Origin: Lama guanicoe
Taxonomy: Eukaryota
Direction of reading: 5' to 3'
DNA length: 64,000 nucleotides
NCBI GenBank assembly: GCA_013239625.1
Contig: MU053881.1
Location: 9,571,957-9,635,956 of the forward strand
Numbering within the stretch: the first letter of the stretch is position 1; each line of letters begins with the position of its first letter. Under the pieces are notes generated by a model. The model made no database searches and was not told the origin of the DNA. It saw only the letters and a program-made list of their open reading frames with translations. The translations under genes were made by a program, and so were the position numbers. Of this stretch, positions 55,801-64,000 are shown piece after piece.

Positions 55801-57468
55801 CAGGAAGTGGAACCAGGAGATGATCTGGGAGGGGATGGCCCCCGATCTGTGTGCAAGCAACTTTAAAGTCAGAGATGTGCTCTAACTAAAAGCAAGATTT
55901 CCTCGTACAACCCAGTTTGGATCTGACCTCCAAGACACTAGGAACAACTATGCTCCAGAGAAAGTTAGGGTGTTGGCTGAGCATTACTGAATTTAATGCC
56001 TTTCCCAGAATGAAAGCACAGTACAATCCAAAAAGAAACCACTAATACTCTGATGGAGGACTGTCCCCACTCAGACCATACACCCAAGAAAATATATGAG
56101 AACATAAGAACGATGTGGAAAAGCAGCAGTAGTAGAAAGGTCCATTTCAAGCAAGCCGCTTGGACTTCAGTTTCTTTGCCAGCAAAATGGAGTTAAAACT
56201 GCTGGTAACATTCATTTATCCCCAACTACGTGTTCAGCTACCAGGGTAAGTACCTTATTGCATCATCTGCTTTAATTGTCACTACAGCTGCATGAGATTC
56301 TGATTCAGGCATTATATTATCCACTCCGTAAGTATTTCCTAAACGGACTGTTTCAACCGGGCTGTCTGATGACTGTATTACACACACCTCCTTCACGGAG
56401 GCATTTACATCATCATCCCTCCCTCAAACCCATTCTCACTCCCCCAGCCACATGAGACCTACCCTTTACTCATTGCCTCATTTTCACTGAAATCGCTTGC
56501 AAGCAATAATAAAAAAAACAGAGAAAAAGAAAAAAGAATTTAATCCAGATATTTTTTCTATTTATCCATCGGATCCCTTACAAATATCTACTATATTTCT
56601 TTTCATACTTTATCCTTGGCCATAAAACCTCTCTATATACTCAAATTACTGAAATCATTCTGTAACTGATGTTTTTGCTAAGTCAGATGTCCCCCGTCTC
56701 CAAATTAGAATTGCATGATGCATTAACTGTCCCCATAAAACCCTCTAACTGCCCCATCCAAAAGTGAGCCATCTTAGTAGGAACTGACTTGTAAAAATAT
56801 AAAAAGCAAGATCAAAAAAAGCTGAACACTAGAGAAAAATGAAGGTAGGAGGCCCAAGAAAGCCTTAAGGAGATGTTCGAAATATGATGCTAGATGCTGT
56901 GGAAATATACTAAGGATGCCAGTTCAGGGACAATAAACGCAAAAAGGATTTTACTAGGAGCATTAGAAAGACGTACTGGCTTCCTTTTTTCTTTTTTCCC
57001 TACATAGATTAACAACGTTAAAAAGGTCAAGGGGGCCAAGTTTTTCCATCCAAAAGGTCTTTGCACAGGACAATGTGGTCCAGCTAGTCACAACTGTCAC
57101 CTTTGATTTCCGTATGTACATTTTGTACATTTCAAACACCAAGAGCGTAGTAGACAAATGATTCAGAGAGTCCAGGGGATGAGGAGTAGGGGTCTGGAGG
57201 GGGATCCACCCATGTAAATAAGAAGCTGTAAAGTCATTCTATTGGGTTGGGAGGGGGAGAGACAACTGCAGATTTCAGAGACAGAAAATGACAGTACAAA
57301 TTACTTTGGTTCATAAAGAAGAAAGGGAAAAGAAAAAAAAAAGCAAGCTTTCCTTCACGGAGCTGGAAGAGCCCTATTTGGCACACTGTATGAAAGCACT
57401 TCAGTCAACAATGCAAACACGACTTGAGGCCGAGCAAAACACAGAACTGTAGCTATGAGGCCACTCAC

Positions 57469-57582
57469 CGGAAGGGTGGATCTTCCACGTGCAATTCAGT
57501 GAGCGGGACAGGCGTGCTCCACAGCAAAGCCAAGTGACGAAGCAAGCCCCAGACCGCGTAGGGAATAAAGAGCTGGGTGTAA
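57469..57582 (-). other. Candidate 114-nt spliced exon, product unknown
   Basis: Minus-strand acceptor TTTTCTTTGTTTCTGTCTTCTTTTTTAACAG| and donor CCG|GTGAGT; locally CpG-enriched; two frames open. Confidence 0.5.
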
Positions 57583-57789
57583 CTGTTAAAAAAGAAGACA
57601 GAAACAAAGAAAATAGGTAAGATTCAAATGAACACCTAAAACAAAAACAAATAAAAATGCAAATAAATACCATATATCTTCAAAACGGAGGGAAGCTGGA
57701 ATTGGGAGTCACATTGGCTTACTTGCATACCTTCTCCTTTGGAATATCTTTCAATAGAGGAATGTAGAATATGGCATAAAATATATGAA

Positions 57790-58900
57790 GGGCCAAGACG
57801 GCGGAGTGGAGGACGCTGGGAGCTCGCCCTCTCCCACGAATACACCAAGACTGACATCCAGGGACCCACCCAGCCACTCGCAACACCCGCTGAACCTTGA
57901 CAGAACATTGCCCTCTTCAAAAGACTAAGTTCGCCATAAATCTGATAGGAGAAAAGGCAAACAGAAAGAAGAAAAAGCAAAGAAGTGCAGGACCGGTCCC
58001 GCGGGGAGGGAGCGGCAGAGGAGGATCAGCGCTCGCTGGCTGGGTCTCCCCTCCCTGCGGAGAGGCCAGCGGGACGGAGGGGGAGCCTCCGACATTCGGA
58101 TCTGTACAGGGTGGCCCTTGAGAGACAGAACTAAGTTAAAAGGGCACCGAGGGTCCCTGCGACACCCAGCCCGAGATGTGAGCCGACAGCTGGGGCCGGG
58201 ACAGGCCGCCGAGCAGGGCGGAGGGCGGGGGCGGCTGCACTGAGGCAGCCCCAGGGGACTGCAGGGGGGCTGCGCACCGTGGCTGTGAGGGGACACAGAG
58301 CAGAACAACGTGGGTCCCCCACAAAATGCAACGAAAAACACTCAAGCAACACTGCTAGTGTGCCCCGGGGGGAGGGGCGCCGCAGCCTTTGTCTCCTCAG
58401 ATCTGAGGAACCATTATTGGCGGGACCTCAGGGGAGGAGAGGCTGGGCGCAGCCACAGCCGCCATATTTACCATATTCTCTGCTGCGCCAGCCCCAGGCT
58501 GAGGGACCGTTCTCCCTGGTGCCTCTGTGAACTCAAGCCTCTGAGACAAACGAACAAGGAGCGGAGCTGTGGCACAGAACCTGGGTGACAGCCGGTGTGG
58601 CCATTTTCTCAGAGCGCGCACCTGACGCACTGTGGAGAGCGGCGCTCAACTAGGGAGGGACCGGACGTGCAAGCGTGACGTAGAGACGCAGCGCTGGGAG
58701 GGGGCGCGAACGCCCGCCTGCCGCGCACGGCTGCACCGAGACTGTGTGCAGAGGGGGCGCGACCTCCGCGCCTACTGGGAGCAGCACAGACAGGGGCGCG
58801 ACCAGAGGGCCTCAGGAACCAGCGAGCAGAGTTCGCACAGCAGGGTGAGAGCAAGAGCAGCGGCAACCACAGAACGAAAAGGAGGCCCCGCTGCATGGCC
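57790..58900. promoter_or_regulatory. CpG-island-like L1 5'UTR (internal sense promoter, possible antisense promoter)
   Basis: Strongly GC- and CpG-rich compared with the rest of the window. YY1-type motif CCGCCATATT near 58459; G-run cluster 58192-58235. Activity is not shown by the sequence. Confidence 0.75.
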
Positions 58901-59408
58901 AGGGCAGGCTCTGGTCACCAGAACACTGGCCACACCCGCAGCCAAAGGATAACAGACAAAAGGCATGGACGGAAGACTTGGCAACCACCCATACTTAAGA
59001 AGGACCTCTCAACAAAATTATTCAGAGTGCATAGTCTCCTCGGGAACACATCCACCTTTTTCTTTTCTTCTCTTTAATTTTTTAATCCCTTTTAAAATTT
59101 TCTTTAAATTTTTTATTAATTTTTAAAAATTTGTCTCTTTGATCATGTTTTGTTCTGTTAATTATCCTGTTTTCAAATCATTTTTCTTTTAAATTTTTTA
59201 AAATTTCTCTCAATTTGATTTTTCTCTTTGGTTTGTTCTTCTGTTATTGATTATACTGTTTTCAAATCTCTTTTTCTTCTTTAAAAAAAATTTTTTTAGT
59301 TTTATTTCCATATCCGGTTTAGATAAATAAATAACTAAACCCCTTCAGGACCACAGTAGGTAACTGATACTACTCCATAATCCATAGTGCCAGAGAAATA
59401 TAAGTAAA

Positions 59409-60090
59409 ATGAAGAAGCAGAGGAACCACTCCCAATTAAAAGAAGACAATCCCCTGAAAGAGCAATCAATGAAATGTATCTTGATAGTCTACTGGATCAT
59501 GATTTCAAAAAAGGAGTGATCAAAGTATTGAAGGAACTAAAAGAGATTACGAATAGAGACAGAGAATATGTCAAAAAGGAAACTGAAAGTATAAAGAGGA
59601 GTCAGTTAAAACTGGAAAACTCATTTGCTGAGATAAGAGCTGAGCTAAAGGCTGTAAAAAGTAGGGTAGATAATACAGAGGAATAAATAAGTGACTTAGA
59701 AGACAGGACAACAGAAGTCACTCAATCAGAACAGCTGAGAGAAAATCAAATAAAAACCAATGAAAACAATATAAGGGACCTTGGGATAATATAAAATGTG
59801 CCAACCAATGCACAATAGGGGTCCCAAAAGAAGAAGAGCAAAGGGGATTGAAAAGGTATTTGAAGCAATCATGGCTGAAAACTTCCCAAACCTAAGAAGG
59901 AATCAGATATCCAAGTACAGGAAACACAGAGGGTCCCAAACAAGAAGAACCCAAACAGATGCACACCAAGACATTATAATCAGGATGGCCAGGGTTAAGG
60001 ATAAAGAAATGATTCTAAAGGCAGCAAGAGAAAAACAAAGAGTTAGATACAAGGGAACCCTCATAAGGCTTTCAGCTGACTTCTCTACAA
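59409..60090 (+). pseudogene. L1 ORF1p remnant (frameshifted, C-terminus deleted)
   Basis: ATG at 59409 (MKKQRNHSQLKE); coiled-coil segment IKVLKELKE...KSRVDNTEE; IMAENFPNL; ILKAAREKQRVRYKGTLIRLSADFS. Confidence 0.93.
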
Positions 60091-60094
60091 AAAT

Positions 60095-62885
60095 AAGAAG
60101 GAAGATAAAGAAGGACGTTATATAATGATTAAAGGAGCAATACAACATGAGAATATTACAGTTGTTAACATATATGCACCCAATATAGAAGCACCTAAAT
60201 ATATAAAGCAAATATTAACAGATATAAAGGGAGAAATTAATGGGAACACAATCATAGTAGGAGACTTTAACACCCCATGAACATCACTGGACAGATCTTC
60301 CAGACAGAAAATTAATAAGGCAACAGAGAAACTAAATGATACAATAGAAAGAATAAATAAAATTTGACAAACCTATGGGCAAGCTCATGAAGAAATAGAG
60401 ACATAAATAAACAAAATAAGAAAGGAAAATGGAGAAATTACAACCAATACCACAGAAACATAAAATATCATACAAGAATACTACAAACAACTATATGGAA
60501 ACAAAATGGATAACCTAGAAAAAATGGACAAGTTTCTGGAAACTTACAGTCCACCAAGACTGAATCAAGAAGAAACTGATCACTTGAACAAATCAATCAC
60601 TAGAAATGAAATAGAATTAGCAATAAAAAACCTCCCTACAAACAAAAGTCCAGGATCGGGTGGCTTCACTGGGGAATTCTACCAAACATACAAAGAAGAA
60701 CTCATACTGGTCCTTCTCAAACTCTTCCAGAAGATTGAAAAGGAGGGAGTACTCCCATACTGATCACCCTGATACCAAAACCAGACAAAGACACTACCAA
60801 AAAAGAAAACTACAGGCCAATATCACTGATGAACATAGGTGCAAAAATCCTCAACAAAATATTATCAAGCAGAATCGAACAGCACATAAAAAAGATAATA
60901 GATCATAATATAGTTGGGTTCATCCCAGGAACACAAGAGTGGTTCAGCATATGCAAATCAATCAATGTGATACACTACATCCACAAAAGAAAGGACAAAA
61001 ACCATATGGCTATCTCAGTAGATGCAGAAAAAGCATTTAACAAAATTCAACACCTATTTATGATAAAAACCCTTAACGAAGTGGGTATAGAGGGAACATA
61101 TTTCAACATAATAAAAGCTATGTATGACAAACCTACAGCCAGCAGAGTACTCAATGGTGAAAAACTGAAAACCTCCCCACTAAAATTGAGACAAGACAAG
61201 GTTGCCCATTCTCACCATTACTATTCAACATAGTCTTAGAAGTCCTAGCCACAGCAATCAGGGAAGAAAAAGAAATAAAAGGGATCCAAACTGGAAAAGA
61301 AGAGGTAAAAATTGTCACTATATGCAGATAACATGATACGACACACAGAAGACCCTAAAAGCTCCAGACAAAAACTACTAGAGCTAATAAAAGAATTCGG
61401 CAAGGTAGCAGGATACAAGATTAATGTATAAAAATCAGTTGCATTTCTTTACACTAATAAATCAACAGGAAAAGAAAGTAAAGAAACAATCCCTTTTAAA
61501 ATAGCACCCAAAGTAATAAAATACCTAGGAATAAATCTAACCAAGAATGTGAAAGAATTATACGTGGACAACTACAAAACACTGATTGAGGAAATGAAAG
61601 AAGATTTAAAAAATGGAAAGACATCCTATGCTCCTGGATTAGAAGAATCAATATTTTTAAAATGACCATACTGCCCAAGGCAATCTACAGGTTTAATGCA
61701 ATCCCTATCAAATTACCCAGGACATTTTTCACAGAACTAGAACAAATCATACTAAAATTTATATGGAATCACAAAAGACCCAGAATTGCCAAAGCATTAC
61801 TGAAGGAAAAGAATGAAGCTGGAGAAATAACCCTCCCAGACTTCAGACAATACTACAGAGCTACAGTCATCAAAACAGCATAGCTTTGGCACAAAAGCAG
61901 ACATATGGATCAATGGAACAGAAAAGAGAGCCCAGAAATAACTCACTAACTTTTGTTCAATTAATCTTTGACAAAGGAGGCAAGAACATACAATGGAATA
62001 AAGACAGTCTCTTCAGCAAATGGTGTTGGGCAAACTGGATAGCAGCATGTAAATCAATGAAGTTAGAATACTCCCTCACATCACACACAAAAATAAACTC
62101 AAAATGGCTTAAAGACTTAAACATAAGATAAGATATAATAAATCTCCTAGAAGAAAGCATAGGCAAAACATTATCTCACATACATCTTGGCAATGTTTTC
62201 CTAGAGCAGTCTGCCCAAGCAATAGAAATAAAAGTAACAATAAACAAATGGGACCTAATTAAACTTACATGCTTTTGCATAGAAAGGGAAACCATAAGCA
62301 AAACAAAACAACAACCTACAGAATGGAAGAAAATATTTGCAAAAGATGAGACTGATAAGGGCTTGATTTCCAGAATATATAAACAGCTCATATGACTTAG
62401 TAAGAAAAAAAACAAATAACCCAATCCAAAAATGGGCAGAATACCTAAACAAGCAATTCTCCAATGAAGACATATGAATGGCCAATAGGCACATGAAAAA
62501 ATGCTCAATATCACTAATTATCAGAGAAATGCAAATCAAAACTACAATGAGGCTAAAAATAGAGTTACCATATGATCCAGCTATCCCACTCCTGGGTATA
62601 TATTCCAAAGAAAACTCTAATTTGAAAAGATACATGCACCCCAATGTTCATAGCAGCACTATTTACAATAGCCAAGACATGGAAGCAACCTAAATGTCCA
62701 TTGACAGATGATTGTATAAAGAAGCTGTGGTATATTTATACAATGCAATACTACTCAGCCATAAAAAATGATAAAATAAGGCCACTTGCACCAACGTGGA
62801 TGGCCCTGGAGAATGTCATTCTAAGTGAAGTAAGCCAGAAGGAGAAAGACTAATAAATACCACATGATATCACTTATACATAGAA
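60095..62885 (+). pseudogene. L1 ORF2p remnant (endonuclease/reverse transcriptase), many stops and frameshifts
   Basis: Endonuclease motifs DKEGRYIMIKG, NIYAPN, IIVGDFNTP. RT motifs [27 protein letters not shown]; catalytic YADD changed to YADN (61321-61332). Also [45 protein letters not shown]. Confidence 0.95.
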
Positions 62886-63399
62886 CCTAAAAAAAAGACA
62901 AATGAACTTATTTACAAAACAGAAACAGACTCACAGACATAGAAAACAAACTTATGGTTACCATGGGGGAAGTGGGTGGGAAGGGATAAACCGGGAGTTT
63001 GAGATTTGTAGATACTGACTAATATATATAAAATAGATAAACAAGTCTATACTGTATAGCACAGGGAACTATATTTAATGTCTGTAGTAGCTTATGGTGA
63101 AAAAGAATATGAAAATGAATATATGTATGTCCATATACGACTGAAGCATTGTGCTGCATACCAGAAATTGACACAACATTGTAAACTGACTATATCTCAG
63201 TTAAAAAAAAATAAATAAAAAATAAATGCATCTTTCTGGCAACATACAGAATTTAAGTCTGCTCTTCACATTTACAAATGTTTCATTTTAAAATGTATTA
63301 CTTGCTCATCCATACCATTTGAACATTATTTTGCCAACTTTTAAATTCAAATACTTGCTAGTTTGTGCCACAGTCAATAGGATATGGGAGTGTATTATA

Positions 63400-63590
63400 T
63401 ACTGGGGAGTCCCCTGACTCTGACACAACTTGTTCTGTGCAAATAACCTAAGCTTTCATAACCTAAAAATTAGGACATAATAGCACCTATTTCACAGAAA
63501 TGTTTTGAAGATGAAACTCCAAAATCCATCAAAGCTCCTAGTACGGTGCCTGGGACACAGACCCCTACAGTATTTGTCAGTTGTCAGTGT
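63400..63590 (+). mobile_element. MIR SINE
   Basis: ATAATAGCACCTATTTCACAG...TTTGAAGATGAAA...GGTGCCTGGGACACAG. Confidence 0.7.
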
Positions 63591-64000
63591 TGTCATTGTG
63601 GTTACCGTCCTTCCAAGGTCACATGTCTGAAATCATCAACAGAGATTTGGGGCTCATTTCCTAATGACTCCCCCCTGGCCAGGAGAACTGGGGCAGTGAT
63701 GGAGACGCTGGGAGATGTCTTCAGTTTGCAAAGGGATTTCACAAACAATGCAAAAACTGGAAAGAGAGGGCAACAAAGAGTGACAACAGGTAAAATCAAG
63801 TGGTTCTAATTTCCCAGCTTAGTTCGAATCATTTTCCTCCTGAACACTAGAAATTGACCTCTACACATGAAAAGGAGCTCCTCCTCCATCAGCATGTCCC
63901 AGGCAGGGTTCTAGGTAATGCAGGTGAGTGAGAGAGGGGCCAGTCTGGCTGAACCCATCGCCAGTGCCCAGAAGTGACCACTGCCAAATACCACACTCCT

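Larger units (their letters stand above)
57790..63218 (+). mobile_element. LINE-1, 5'-complete, internally deleted and inactive (cetartiodactyl/camelid-type)
   Basis: Starts GGGCCAAGACGGCGGAG (L1 5' end motif). GC-rich 5'UTR, T-rich linker 59055-59310, ORF1 and ORF2 remnants, 3'UTR, A-rich tail from 63203. Probable degenerate TSD AAAATATATGAA (57778-57789) / AAAATAAATGCA (63219-63230). Confidence 0.97.

Noticed and set aside
1..57000. The many 60-180 aa ORFs in the track
   Set aside because: No recognisable domains, many non-ATG starts, frequent overlap with MIR/L2/LTR relics; consistent with chance ORFs.
57401..57673. SLNCTWKI resembling a CUB-domain motif
   Set aside because: The upstream CUB pattern (G-x-I-x-SP-x-YP) is absent; probably coincidence.
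60080..60370. Splicing as the cause of the first two L1 deletions
   Set aside because: The junctions sit in A-rich sequence that does not look like exon ends; microhomology is more plausible.
57790..63218. Active, retrotransposition-competent L1
   Set aside because: Frameshifts, stops, YADD changed to YADN and three large deletions.
63851..63929. Plus-strand exon ending CAG|GTGAGT
   Set aside because: Ambiguous acceptor, unrecognised peptide and no partner exons visible at the window edge.

Overview
Mammalian non-coding DNA (intronic or intergenic), not prokaryotic. It is rich in ancient MIR, L2, hAT and Tigger relics and carries cetartiodactyl-type L1 3' ends. I saw no Bov-A/CHR/PRE-1 SINEs, which suggests a camelid (inference). 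I could not identify any known host protein-coding gene, RNA gene or CRISPR array, and almost all short ORFs in the track look like noise. The main feature is a 5'-complete but dead L1 (~57790-63218, +) with a CpG-rich 5'UTR and three large internal deletions. Also present: several 5'-truncated L1 3' ends (three with readable TSDs), a solo LTR, an ERV1-like internal relic with nested DNA transposons, and MLT1/LTR16 LTRs. The best 'new system' candidate is a hypothesis: an antisense ORF0-like ORF in the L1 5'UTR (Kozak ATG, signal-peptide-like N-terminus). Its splice donor is in frame with a well-defined minus-strand exon just outside the element and with further phase-compatible candidate exons. 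Repeat family names are from my recognition of the sequence, not a database search, and boundaries of old repeats are approximate.
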